Source of the DNA: Carcharhinus amblyrhynchos | Taxonomy: Eukaryota | Direction of reading: 5' to 3' | Length of the DNA: 64,000 nt | NCBI GenBank assembly: GCA_965287045.1 | Contig: OZ336877.1 | Span: 57,722,001 to 57,786,000, forward strand | In this document: positions 25,290 through 37,450 of the stretch, in pieces | Numbering within the stretch: position 1 is the stretch's first letter | How the letters are laid out: each line of letters begins with the position of its first letter | The notes under the pieces: generated by a model | What the model was told of the DNA's origin: nothing | Seen by the model: the letters and a program-made list of their open reading frames with translations, nothing else | Databases searched by the model: none | Made by a program: the position numbers and the translations under genes

Positions 25290-26130
25290 TTTATTTGATA
25301 CTCTCCTTCTGGGGTCCTCAAAGTAACTGTCACAAACCAGTTGTCATTATAGACTTGACTGAACCAACTTGCTCTGCTGTAGATAGTTCTTCATCAGACT
25401 CTTCTGCTGATATCTCTCCAGTTGTATTGATTGTGCTGCTTTGTCCTCACCAGAAACTGCAAAATTATTCTGCTTCATGCAGTTAAAACAGAGCTTTCCC
25501 CATGCCATGCAAATCTTCTGTTCCTATATGTGCTCTCCTCCACATTATTTGCATCCTGCTCTGTGCTTTTTGCCTAGAATCTCTCAGCATAAGGCATCCC
25601 ATGGTCTGTTCTGCTATACATGTGCTCTAGCTGACACTTCCGCATTTTGACATGTCTGTTGTTTTTTTCATGTTAGTTTCTCATCTTTTAGTAGACTTGC
25701 TTTCACCAAAAGGTCTTTCATGACAAACACTACACTTTTAACTGAGTTTGTATGATTCTGTAATGCTGTATTACTGCCACCATGTACTGTTCAGCGAATC
25801 TGAGGTCAAGTATTGAAATACATAGCATTCATGTGTAATATTCACTCGGGGTTCAAAATGTACATTCATCAAAAATCATTGCCATCTGTTTTCTTTGCTC
25901 ATCAGTTAGATTTAGGGTGCAACTTTACAGCAGCTGCTCCTCAGCAGTGTTAAGTGTGTGGCTACTCTTATCAGTTCAGGCTTGTTAATCAAGTCTGTTG
26001 CAATCTTAGTTTTGTTATTGTTAAGAGAAAAAACATTTTTTGCCACGCATCACTTCTCAATTTTACTGGAGGTGAGAATGAAAAATTTATCATAGCCATT
26101 TTGCTCATCAGTAATTTACTTGCAGCCCCT
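25290..26130 (-). mobile_element. Gypsy gag remnant with zinc knuckles
   Basis: Minus strand CK*CGGEH...CMAWGKLCFNCMKQNNFA (tandem CCHC-like) and LLKDEKLT; many stops. It may continue at ~23380-24050 beyond the intervening DNA transposon. Confidence 0.55.
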
Positions 26131-26789
26131 TTGTGTTTCCTTTGCCTTTTTTCTGCAGCTCAGTGCTTTTCTTAAACTTCCTTTTAGCAGTTCCTTTTTG
26201 GATTAGAACGTCAATGTGTGGCTTTCTGAGCTGTTCCTTCTCTGTACCATTTCCAGAATTCTTTGCTTCGAAGACCTGTATATGTTTCATATACAAGTAC
26301 AGCTGTACATCTTCATTGTGTTCTCAGCAGAGGTTTTATTGAGCTGATAAGAAATAGCAGTTGACAACCAGCTTGCCTCATGGCAGAATCACATGACTAT
26401 GGCGAGCCAGGTAGCACACTCAGTAACAATTGCACTGTATTCAACTTGGATTCAGCATCATTAATCACTCATGTAAGTTGACCTCACATCTGCAACAATT
26501 TGCCTTCAACTGTTCAATTGCTGGGACGAGCACTCTTGTTACGATGTTAAAATAGATCAGGTTTTGCCACAGGATTCTTATCAATACAGGTTCTAAATTA
26601 GACTAAAACCAGAAGTTAATTCAGTAGAAAGCAGATAAAGAAAACACGTGCTTACACAAGTTTACAATAGTTAATCTTCATATGTTAAAACAAATGAAAA
26701 ACAGAATCACTCAGCCATCTCTGAATGTTCCTTCTTACATGATGAAACTACAAAGAAATATTTGCAGAGTCAAACTGGTCCAGATCCAC

Positions 26790-26892
26790 TGAAATCAAAA
26801 TAGAAAATGCTGAAAAAACTCGACATGTTTGGCATCATCCATGGAGGGAGAAACAGAGTTAATGTTTTGAGTCCGTATGACTCTTCTTCAGG
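26790..26892 (-). mobile_element. PLE pLTR fragment with hammerhead-like motif
   Basis: Minus strand CTGAAGA-agagtc-atacg-gactc-AAAAC (GAAA changed to AAAA at a CpG); related to the 895-1063 family. Confidence 0.65.
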
Positions 26893-27254
26893 TCCTCTGC
26901 TTACTTTGATGAATAACTTCAAAAGTAAGTTCAGCCCCAGAAAGATGTTTTCAAATACTTTGAAAATGTATTGAAACAAAGAACCAGACTCCTGCACTCC
27001 CACTACTAAAAAACATGCTGCATTTTCCTGAGCCACATCATAGTGTCATTGGAATGATATCGCACCCAGAAACCACAGTCACTCAGAGAAACTGGAGATA
27101 TTGGAACTTTTTCCACTTAAGCAGAAGCACCCATGAGATTTATTTGATGATTTTAAAATTAAGATTTTGATGGAATGATTATGAAAGGGAATCAAAGACA
27201 AGAAAAGTTCTCATATAAGCCTACGGAGAGCGGTCAACAGAAATTCCTCAAGGT

Positions 27255-27385
27255 TAAAAGCAAGATACTGCAGATGCTAGAATCTTAAACAGAAACAGAA
27301 AATGCCACAAAATCTCAGCAGGTCTGACAGCATCTGTGAAGGGATAATAGAACCAACATTTCGAATCAGCATGACACTGCATCAA
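27255..27385 (-). mobile_element. PLE pLTR fragment
   Basis: actgcagatgctagaatct...aaaatctcagcaggtctgacagcatctgtg shared with 895-950; degenerate ...gtcatgctgattcgaaa on the minus strand. Confidence 0.65.
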
Positions 27386-29185
27386 TTCCTTCAGGTTGTT
27401 GGGAGCATGGAATGCTTTATTGTTGAAGGGAGAATTTGAGGTGAACATCATTTAATCTTTTAAGGAAAATGATGATAAACATTTGAAGCGTAATATACAG
27501 AACCATAGGGAATCAGTGTGGTAAGGAGGATAGTTTTCTGATTCTCTGGTAAATCCTACACAAGTGAGATAGATTAAGACCTCTTGCTGTGTTACAAATT
27601 TGTATATTTAAATGAATACACATTCTTTCTCAACTTCTGCAAGAAATTGTCTACAAATCTGAACAATCCACCTAGTTGTCATGGTCACTGCTCAATGAAT
27701 TCAATGATAGGACATTACATATTTTAAATCCATCTCATGTTTGAGAAGAACCAGCAGCAAATTTGTTTCATTGAATCTAGTGTAACAGTACACCATGAGC
27801 TGGTGTTCACTCAAAAAGCTATCGACATGAGAACTCAGATTTTTAGTCCCTCTTGCATCCTTACCCAGTAATAAAAATCCAAATTAATAGCTGAAAGACA
27901 AGTAGCTTAATTTCTGTCACACAAGTCACTGGCTATACACCACATCAAATGACGTGTAAAAGTCACAAGCAAAATTGCTAAATCTGCAGATGATGTAAAA
28001 ATAGGCAGTAGAGTCCAAAACTAAACAGTACAAATAACAAGAGGATGTGAAACTACTCAATTTCTGCCCACCTCTATGGTGTTTTAAATCTTGATATCAA
28101 AATCAAAGAAGAAACTTTTACCGGGTAAAAAAGTGAACGTGGATGGAAAATGGGAGTGAAACGAAATGACTGCAACAAAATCCAACAGCAGCAAGTAAAG
28201 CAAATCAAATGGTGGAATGTCCAAACAGGTCAACATTGAATAAAAATAGTGAAGTAATCCAGAAATGTAATAAAATATTTATACAACAACATGTGGAATA
28301 CCTGAGTATATTCTAGGTGCCAAAGGTTGTGCATTCTTCCAGATCTGGTCTGGTCAGGGTCTCAAATGTTCAATTGCTCTACCTGGAGCAAGGGAGAGAG
28401 CGAGCACAGATGTGTGCGCGCGCGCGAGGGAGCGAGAGAGAAGGGCAAAATGAAAGGATGATAAAAGAGGAAAAACTATGCAAACGCGTTCTGACTTCAG
28501 GATGTCCCAATGTATAGGTAATATTTTAGTAGAAGGACATTGAGAGTTGGACTTGTTCTCAAAAGGAAAGGGATTGCAATGTGACGCAATAAAGCTTCTT
28601 CAAAATTAAAAAATAATGACCTGTATTACTACAGAGCATGGTGGTCACGTGGTGCCATATTTGTTACCTTCGCTCCTCTGGAATTATCTGTGTTTTGTGC
28701 AGTTAAACAGGAAATGCAGCAGTTGCTGTCATTGATCCTATGCTGCTCCATTGGTTGCAAAGTTGCAGTCACAGCAGACCACAATCAATCAGAAGTCAAT
28801 ATCTGACTCAACGTGGCCATTTACACTAATAAGTCTTGCTGGAAAAATCCTAAACCTCTAACCTCATTCAACAAGGTGCAACTTTTTAATGAGGTGTAAC
28901 TGGACTTCTAATGACATTAACTTTATAATGAGTGTTAAAACGGTCTCACTGGCCCTGAAAAATTACTTCAATAATAAAGAAATTTGACATTCCAAGTATA
29001 ATAAACCAATTCCATGCATTTTAGAATTTTTGATGTTTCATCTTCTACCTCAATCATTTGTTGCACTCTCTAACATTTAATTAAAGTGAGACTAATAAGT
29101 TACTTTTACTTCTCTGCTTGTTGCCTGTGAGAATGCTACATTCTGATTATGTGATTGGCTGTTTAGCTGGTTTGATGAGATCACA

Positions 29186-29661
29186 GGGCAGAATTTAATG
29201 CAGCTCTGCAGTCCCCTCACCCCCAACTAAAGTGGTGAATGGAATCCACCCAGAAAAAGAATAGCTGCAGAGTTCAACTGTCAATGTTCACTGAGAGACA
29301 GCAGGTGGGAATTCTGCTCCTCAGGGAAAAGTCCCACTTCAGAAAACTGCTGGCTGAGTTGGGTCTCTGTTGGCTTCAGAGAGCCTGTTGGGGGGAAAAC
29401 ACACCTCCCCGCCACCAACAATCTCCTCAGGAAAATCTCCAGGGCTAGGAGCTTGGCATGAGCCACTCCTGCTGTTGGTCAAATCCCAGCAGTGTAGGAG
29501 ACCACTGAGTGAGCATTGACCATGGCCCACTTGTGGGCAGGCTACCAGACACCTTTCACTGCCAGTAAAACTGCAGTAGGGAAGGGGCAGCAGGCCACCT
29601 GCTGGCTTTAACTTGCTGCCTCAGCTCACAAGCCAACAGCGGAAGAAAATTAAATCCGGCC
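29186..29661. mobile_element. MITE with Harbinger-like TIRs
   Basis: Left gggcagaatttaat and right attaaatccggcc are imperfect terminal inverted repeats. Confidence 0.55.
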
Positions 29662-30679
29662 ACTGTTACTGCCTGTCAGATCCTCTTTACTTGGCCAGAG
29701 ATTTAAAGTAATGTCAGGAATGGGAAATCTGTGCAATAGAGATGAGTTATTCCTTATGAGCAGCTTTCTTGCAGGGCAGCAGCATAAGCCATTACTTTGC
29801 CATGGACTATAAAATCCAAAATATGTTTAATCTTGACAAAGAACACAGCAAAAATTGCATGTTTTGAAATTTAGGAAGAGATGAGAATTTTTGTGGAGCT
29901 ATTTCACAAAGGGAGGTGAGCACACAGAATGAATAGGAGAAAATATAAACAAATATACATTCTTGGAGAAAGAGATTGAGGGAAGTGCTGAAGACAAATG
30001 AGATGATGCAAAAAAGAGGAAATTATTGGGTCAAAAGGTCCTTTGTGACTCTTCAAATTTTCCATGTTCCTAACCTTCATTATGCCTTATTTTATGACCC
30101 AAAATAATTAGTTGTATGATAATTATGTAATTAATTCAGCCTTTGTGAATGCAAAACTTAAATAATTCCAGCACAGCCCTGGCTGATCACCGTTCTTTAC
30201 CATTCATAAACCAAAACATATCCAAACCTCCACTGCACACACACACCCAACCCCTCAGCAATCCTGCTGCCATTTAGCTTGATTGTTGCTACCTTCATTG
30301 GCTTCCCCATCCCCAACACAAATATAAATTCATTACCCTTGGATTATTTCCTGAATTCCCCCACCCATTTCATCCATCATCTTCAGACCTTTACCTTCCC
30401 TGGAAATTCCATTCCTTGTACTATCTGCCTATTATACATCCCATCCTCCCTTTGCCTCACTCTTCAAGGTAAATCTTTTAAATATCTTTGGGTTCCTGGC
30501 ATAGAATTAAATGTTTTGTCTGTTTTTCAGGGACCAAAACAGCAGCCCATGCACTTCTGCTGTGAATCTTGCTTGGTCCCATCTTGATAAGGGTGTTGGT
30601 GTGCAACGCTGATTTGATGCCAGTGATGCCATTTCAGAGCTCAACACCCCAACCAACACTTTCTGTTAATCCTGTGTTA

Positions 30680-30810
30680 TGATGTGGATGTGCCGGTGTT
30701 GGACTGGGGTAAACACAGTAAAAAGTCTGACAACAGCAGGTTTTAGTCCAACCGATTTATTTGATAGTAAACTCACAAGCTTTCGGGTTAGCCCCTTCGT
30801 CAGGTGAATG
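30680..30810 (-). mobile_element. PLE pLTR solo fragment
   Basis: gatgtgccggtgttggactggggtaaacacagtaaaaagtctgacaac...; near-identical to the terminus of the PLE at 32393-32490. Confidence 0.85.
30772..30808 (-). ncRNA. Minimal type I hammerhead ribozyme motif, intact core
   Basis: Minus strand ttcac-CTGACGA-a-ggg-gctaa-ccc-GAAA-gctt-gtgag: stem I tcac/gtga, stem II ggg/ccc, palindromic AGCT stem III, CUU cleavage triplet. Confidence 0.75.
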
Positions 30811-31289
30811 GCCATTGGATACAAAACATCTCCCCATTTTTCTAACTTCTCTACTAGAACCTCTAATGCAACATCTGAAAACCTGGGAGCCTACTCATTA
30901 ACATTGTGCAATTCCTCACTATTTCCTCAGTGGTATCATTTCCTTTGTGATCCCCAGCATTTTTTAGCCACCTCCTCTTTAAGAGATGCAGGCTAGCTTT
31001 ATGAAGTACATGGGAGTTATGATTGTTTGAGACTCCGCTGATACATGTGGGCAATGAACTCTAGTTAGTGTTGTCTGCCTGCAAAATCAATTATAATGAG
31101 CTGGCATCATGAAGTTCCCATCAACAGGTCCAGGATAATTGCACATCACAGTTCCATGCCTATGTTTGGGAGCTATGCAAGTTTTAGACACCAAACTTAA
31201 AATTTCCCTTCTTGGTTCAATATTTTTGTTCACTTGTTAAACGCCTTTCCACTTTTACGCTCAAACATATAGATGCAAGTTTTTTCTGT

Positions 31290-32305
31290 TACATAAAAGA
31301 TAGGAGGATTAGGCCATCCAGCCCTTCAAGCCCCTCCATTATTCAGTTAGACCATGGCTGCATTAGGGTTAGGGTTACTTGAAAACCATTGTGCCACACA
31401 ATCCTTATATCTCTTGGTGTTTTTAAGTTGTAGAAACGTATCAATCTCAGTCTTGAAGATACTCAGTGACTGGACTTCCACAGCACTCTGGGACAGAGAA
31501 TTCCAAAGATTCACAACCCTCTTGAGTGAAGAAATTCCTCCTCATCACAGTCCTCAATGACCTCTCCCATATTTTGCGACTGTGTTCCCTGATTCTAGAC
31601 AGCGCCCCCCATTTAAGGGCAACATCCTTCCTGCGTCTAGCCTGTCGAGACTTGTAAGGATTTTCTATGTTTAAATCAGATCAAGCTCATTCATCAAAAC
31701 TCAAGAATAAAAGTCCAGTCTATTTAATCTTTCCTCATAGGAAATTATCCTAGGAATTAATTAGCTGAACCTTTGCTGAACTCCCTCTGTGGCAAGTGTA
31801 TTTGTCCTTGGGTAATATTCCAGCTACTGTCTCACCAAGGTTCTATATAATTCCAGTGAGATCTTTACCCCTATACAAACTGCCTCTTATAATAAAGATA
31901 AATTCAATTTACCTTCTTAATTGCTTGCACGTTTGTTTTCAGTGACTTATGAACAAGGGCACCCAAGTCCACGTGAAGTTTAACACTTCCCAGCCTATCA
32001 TCATGTGAGAAATACTCTGTGGGCAGGATTTTCCAACCCCGGCAACCACCCCGACCCCAACATATTTTCCAGTGGTGGGGGTGGCTCGCCTATTTCTTCC
32101 TATTTTGAATGGCTGATCCATTCCGCTCTAGGGAATCTGCCATAGACCTGCCACAGGGGGCCACCTTCAGTGAGACTGGAAGATCCCATTGGCAGGAGGG
32201 GCTGGAAAATTCTGTTCTGTTTTTCCTACTAAACGTCACATTTCTCCATGTTGTATTCCATCTGCCAAATTGTTGCCCACTCACCCAGCCTCTCCAAATC
32301 CTGTG
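31290..32305 (-). mobile_element. Old CR1 LINE with nested MITE
   Basis: agagaattccaaagattcacaaccctcttgagtgaagaaattcc and gtattccatctgcc (antisense of WQMEYN); MITE at 32021-32217. Confidence 0.8.
32021..32217. mobile_element. MITE with Harbinger-like TIRs
   Basis: gggcaggattttcc ... ggaaaattctgttc termini with a 3-bp tgt duplication, interrupting CR1 sequence. Confidence 0.6.
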
Positions 32306-32392
32306 AAGTATCGCGTGAAGAAATTCCTTCTCATCCCAGTCCTCAATAACCTCTCCCGCATTTTGAGGCTGTGTTCACTGGTTCTGGTTCAC

Positions 32393-33005
32393 TGCAGTAA
32401 AAAGTCTGACAACACCAGGTTTCAGTCCAACCAATTTATTTGATAGTACACTCACTAGCTTTCGGGTTAGTCCCTTCGTCAGGTGAATGGGGTCTTGATC
32501 AGAGTGTTGAGTTGACGAGTGTGTTCTTTGGTCGGATCTGTGGGTAACTGTCTGTAGTGTTCCTCATTGTTTAGTTGTCGGTATACTTCTTCACAGTAAT
32601 CCCTTCTGTTCAGTATGACGATGGCCCCCCCTTTGTCTGCTGGTTTGATGACAATGTTGCGGTTGGTCTTGAGAGCGTGGATGGCGTTGCGTTGTGCTTG
32701 AGTGATGTTCAGGGCTGTCTTGTGAGTGCGGCTGATGAATCTGGTGTTAACGCACCTCCTGATGGTTTGGGCATACAAGTCCAGTCGAGGGCAGTGTCCT
32801 TCCGGAGGGGTCCAATTGGACTCCTTCCTCTTAGGTTGCTGCACTATGGACCCCTCTGTCGGCTGTTCTGGTTCATCGGCTGTCTCATTGTGTTCGCTGT
32901 TGGCCTCTTGGGGTTTGTGGAAAAACTCCTGCAGCCTCATTCGCCTGATGAATTCCTCTGTGTCATCAGGAATTCATCAGGCGAATGAGGCTGCGGGAGT
33001 TTTTC
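32393..33005 (-). mobile_element. Internally deleted Penelope-like element (RT N-terminal part fused to pLTR, 5' inversion)
   Basis: ORF 32479-32940 with the PLE signature NIVIKPADKGGAIVILN...Y..LPTDPT; pLTR with hammerhead at 32393-32490; ~38-bp inverted duplication (32920-32957 vs 32968-33005). Confidence 0.9.
32451..32487 (-). ncRNA. Minimal type I hammerhead ribozyme motif, intact core
   Basis: Minus strand ttcac-CTGACGA-a-ggg-actaa-ccc-GAAA-gcta-gtgag; CUA triplet; lies in the PLE terminal repeat, where such ribozymes are known to occur. Confidence 0.78.
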
Positions 33006-33231
33006 ACCACCCTTTGAGTGAAGAAGTTCCTCCTCAACTCCGTTCTAAACTGCCCCCCCTTTATCTTGAGGCTGTGCCCCCTAGTCCTATTATCCTTTCT
33101 GAGCGGGAAGAGTCTCTCCACCTCTATCCTATCCATCCCATTCATCATCAATGAGATCAATGAGATCTCCCCTCATTCTTCTAAACTCTAACGAGTACAA
33201 GCCTAGTTTATTCAGCCTCTCCTCATAGCTC
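33003..33231 (-). mobile_element. Young CR1 internal fragment lacking its 3' end
   Basis: MMNGMDRIEVERLFPLRKDNRTRGHSLKIKGGQFRTELRRNFFTQRVV; highly similar to 9812-10246. Confidence 0.9.
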
Positions 33232-34255
33232 AAGACCATTCTGTGCATGGCTTTTAATTACACAGAGGAGAGAGGTTTCCACAACAAATATTTGGGAAAA
33301 TTTCCTTTGTGCTAACAAAATCATCAAGCAAAATCATCCCTTATGTCCCATGAACTGAAATGACCTGGATTAGTATAAAAGCAGGCATGTAAAACCAATT
33401 TGGGGCACTAGCATATTCATAGCAAGGTAATAGCACCTGGTAATGTGCGACAGCAAGAATAAAGTATAAAGTACAACAGTGGCATTTGGCTATATTTAGT
33501 GTTTGAAGAAAATTCAAACCGCTGCATAAATAATGAATTGGGAAAGATACATTGTTAGCAGAGTTGTTTTGCATTCAAATATTTTTATTCCCAGTCAATT
33601 GCCTTTAGTCAGCAAATACGGACTCTGTCTTATTTGGGTCTGTTATCATCATGTTGCTATTTCTTTGCATCACATATTCCTCTTCATTCTCGTTGGGTCT
33701 ACTTGTTTCTTTCTCTCAATCTTCCATCTCACTTTTATTTCCCCTCTTAATCAGAAATGGTGCCACTGTATGATGGCAGGGCAAAACATTACTGACTGCA
33801 GTGAATATAAAGGAAAATGGGGTAGTCACTCTGCAATACCTTATTCTTCATCCCCTGTGACTTGCATTTCATAACCTTTCACTAATTTGCACTTACACCA
33901 TCCTTTGTGCATCTCCTCATGCTTACCACTAACCAGGACTCCATTATCGCCCCTTCCCTCATTGGCAGGCAGTTCCATGTCTGGTCCCCACCCTTCTCAT
34001 CTGATCCTTCAAAGAAGTTTTGCTTCTCTTCAAAATACAACTTTGAGAAATAAAGTTAGATATAAGGAAAGCAACTGTGTCTTTCATTCTGTCTATTGAT
34101 GTGTTTCTTTTCAGTCCTGCAGCAGGGCTTCAAATGCCTGAGCACGGATCAGAGGAATTCCTCCCCCACGACTTTCATGCCAAGAATGAAGCACAAAAGT
34201 AGGAGCTGTGAGCACCATAAATCCCAATCCTGAAACACGGGCATGTTTTCAGCAA

Positions 34256-34420
34256 TAAGAAGTCTCACATACCAGGTCACTTTGTCTCCACTCACCTGAA
34301 GGGACAGCGTTCCGAAAGCTTGTGGCATTTAGATATCAAATAAACCTGTTGGACTTTAACCCGGTGTTGTATGACTTCTTACTGTGTTTACCCCAGTCCA
34401 AGGCCAGCATCTCCACATCG
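34256..34420 (+). mobile_element. PLE pLTR derivative with short 5' inversion
   Basis: taagaagtctcacataccagg is inverted relative to ccggtgttgtatgacttctta; ctcacctga..gggacagcgttccgaaagcttgtg is a hammerhead with a deleted core; 12-bp TSD tgttttcagcaa at 34244-34255 and 34421-34432. Confidence 0.85.
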
Positions 34421-35644
34421 TGTTTTCAGCAAGCTATGAATGCGGGGTGGACGGGGAGCACTGGGATTGAGGGGGAGACAGTGGGCATGTGGCAGGGATA
34501 AACAGTGGGGCTGGGACTATTGAGTTTTACATTTGTAGGGGGACTAAGTAATTTTACTTCTGTTCATTCTTGGAACGCAAACATTACTGCAAGGTTAGCA
34601 TATAATGCTGAGCCTGAGTTGCCCTCGAGAAGCATGTGGCAGCACTTCTTTAACGGTTACAGTCCACAATAGATAGAAACTAACTGACCTTGCATTGGTC
34701 AGTCATATTTAGGTGCTAAGAAAATATTGACACTAAGCTGAAGGATGCAGCATATGATTTGAAAGATAGACACCTGTAATAACCAGTCGCACTGCTGCAA
34801 TATACTTTTTCTTCCAATATGCAATACACATCCCTGTTTCACCTGCCATTTCTGTGCATAATTCCAAAGTTTATATAGGTCCTTCTTTGCTCCTTGGATG
34901 ATTACGTGAACCCCCATTCCAATTCAGAGACGCGTGCACATGTGTCCACTGCTACGAATAAGTATATCTAATTTATGTTTTTAAAACTGACAAGAGTAAA
35001 AACAGAGGCCTACTCCGCTTGCATGTTGTTCTAGCTTCACATCACTGTTTCCTGAGACATCCACTTCAACCAATTCCTCATTCAATTAGCCTCAGTCTCT
35101 AGGACTCTACCAAATGGTTTGTTGAAAGCCCTGAGCATTACGCATGGCACTTTCTCATATGTACATTGCATGTCACTTTGTCAAAAGAAAGGCTAATGAG
35201 AAAGGATCTATATCAAATTTTTGTTTTTTGTACATATCCTTCATATACTTTTCCAATGATCAATTCCAGTTATAAAAGGAGGGAGAGTTTTAGTAACAAA
35301 GCATTTATGCAGAGTTTTCTTTTAACAAATGTTACAAATAGAGGAAGAGTTCATAAAATACAACGTGTAAAGTCTTTAGAGGGAAAAAAAAACTTAGTAA
35401 TTTATGGGCAGAATTTTATGGTCCCCTACCTACAAGTTGGAAGTAGATCTGTAAAATTCTCCAGTTGACCAACCAACCGCCTTGCCACCTAGCACAACTT
35501 CCTAAACGTTTACATGGGGTAGATGCGTTCTTGCTGCGTTGAGACTTTTAAGGGCCGTTTCCGATCAGTCTCAATTTTGAGGTTGGTGGAAGGATTTCAG
35601 AGGCAGGTTGAAGTCCAGCGGGTCACCTTGCTTAGGACTCTGTT

Positions 35645-35922
35645 TTTTTTTAAGTTTATTTGTTAGTATCACAAGTAGGCTTATATTAACATTGCAATGA
35701 AATTACTGTGAAAATCCCGCAGTCACCACACTCCGATGCCTGTTTGGGTACACTGAGGGAGAATTTAGAATGGCCAATTCACCTAACCTGCACATCTTTC
35801 AGACTGTGGGAGGAAACTGAAGCACCAGGAGGAAACCCACACAGACATGGGGAGAACACGTCGATTCCACACAGACAGTGACCTAAGCCGAGAATCAAAC
35901 CTAGGTCCCTGGCACTGTGAGG
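35645..35922 (-). mobile_element. V-SINE with alternative tail, nested in a Harbinger-like MITE starting ~35405
   Basis: Antisense of the 11000-11287 element: tttatt..cacaagtaggctta...gactgtgggaggaaactgaagcaccaggaggaaacccacacagac. Confidence 0.85.
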
Positions 35923-36929
35923 CCGAGTTGCCCCAAAGGACTCCTTCCTTTCTTCATTGAGACTCACTTCTAACAAGGACTGTATCTGCATATGCCACCT
36001 GATCCTCTGTGCTCTCCATCAAACTCCCCATCGCCACTCACACACTCCCTCCCCTCCTGCTATCCTCTTCCATGCCTCACATTCCATCTGTGAGGTCCTC
36101 CACTCCTGGACATAGAATCTGGTGATGACTTGCAATTCCAGTCCTGATCACTGCTGCCACTGGGATTAGCGTTCATGCTAATCTGAATGGCTGCAGCTCT
36201 CTGAGGTAGCGCTTTGAGTGAGAGTTGGAAGTCCCATCTCCAGCCAATTAACATGACCACTGATGTAAAGACTTCTTAAACAAGTGAGAGTGAGTTGACT
36301 TTCCACGTTCAAAATCCACCTTCATTGTGAGTGAGGTTGGGCAGTCTCGATCCAATTCCCATCAGGAATTAACCTTCAACTCAAAATTGCACCATGTTCA
36401 GCACAGAATTGATCATATCATGGAGATTAATACAGGTTGGAAATATCTCTGCTTTATATGAACTCAGGGTGTTCCATTCCCCTATACAAATAACCCTCGT
36501 CTTAACCATAAATATTTAAAAATTACAACAGCTAAAAGATCAAAACTGGAGACCAGGGTACTACATTTTACAGTCAATATCTATTTCCAAATGATTCTGT
36601 TGCCAAATTCTTTATACTGCATTTCACATTTTGCTGCGAATGCTTAGATCCAGTTGAGTGCCTCGAGGATTAGAATTGCAGGTAACGTAAAGGTAAAATT
36701 CTTAACTGCGCAGTTAAGATGGGGCTGTAGCAGAAGTGAGGCTTCACCCTGCTACAGATTAGAACTGTGAAATCTGTGTTTTCAGAAACTATACAAAAAG
36801 GAGGCAAACTAGGATGGTAATGAAATTGCCTTTCCTCATAAAATCACCAGTTAACAAGCCCAGACTGCTTTTGTAAAAGTAAAATGGTTTAATAGTATCA
36901 GACAATGGAATATCTTTACCCATACTGAG

Positions 36930-37450
36930 TGACATTATCAGAAGGATATGGATGCTTTGGAGAGGGTACAGAAGAGGTTTACCAGGATGTTGCCTGGTCT
37001 GGAAGGTATTAGGTATGAGGAGAGGTTGAATAAACTCAGTTCGTTCTCACTAGAACAATGGAGGTTGAGGGGTGACCTGACAAAGCTTTACAAGATTATG
37101 AGTGGTACGGACAGAGTGGCTAGTCAGATGCTCTTTCCTCATGTAGAAAAGTCAAGCACAAGGGGACAAAGGTTTAAAGTGCATGAGGAAATGTTTAGAG
37201 GAGATGTGTGAGGCAAGTTTTTTTTTTACACAGAGATGGTGAATGTCTGGAATGCGCTGCCAAGGGAGGTGGTAGGAGCAGGTATAATCACAGCATTTAA
37301 GGGGCATCCAGATGAGCACATGAATAGGAAGGGAATGGAAGGGTACAGGCTCTGTAAGTGCATACGATTTTAGTTTAGGCAGGCATCATGATTGGCGCAG
37401 GCTTGGAGGGTTAAAGGGCCTGTTCCTGTGTTATACTGTCCTTTGGTCTT
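36930..37450 (+). mobile_element. CR1 LINE 3' fragment
   Basis: [25 protein letters not shown]...RLRGDL; 3' UTR ...gggcctgttcctgtg. Confidence 0.9.
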
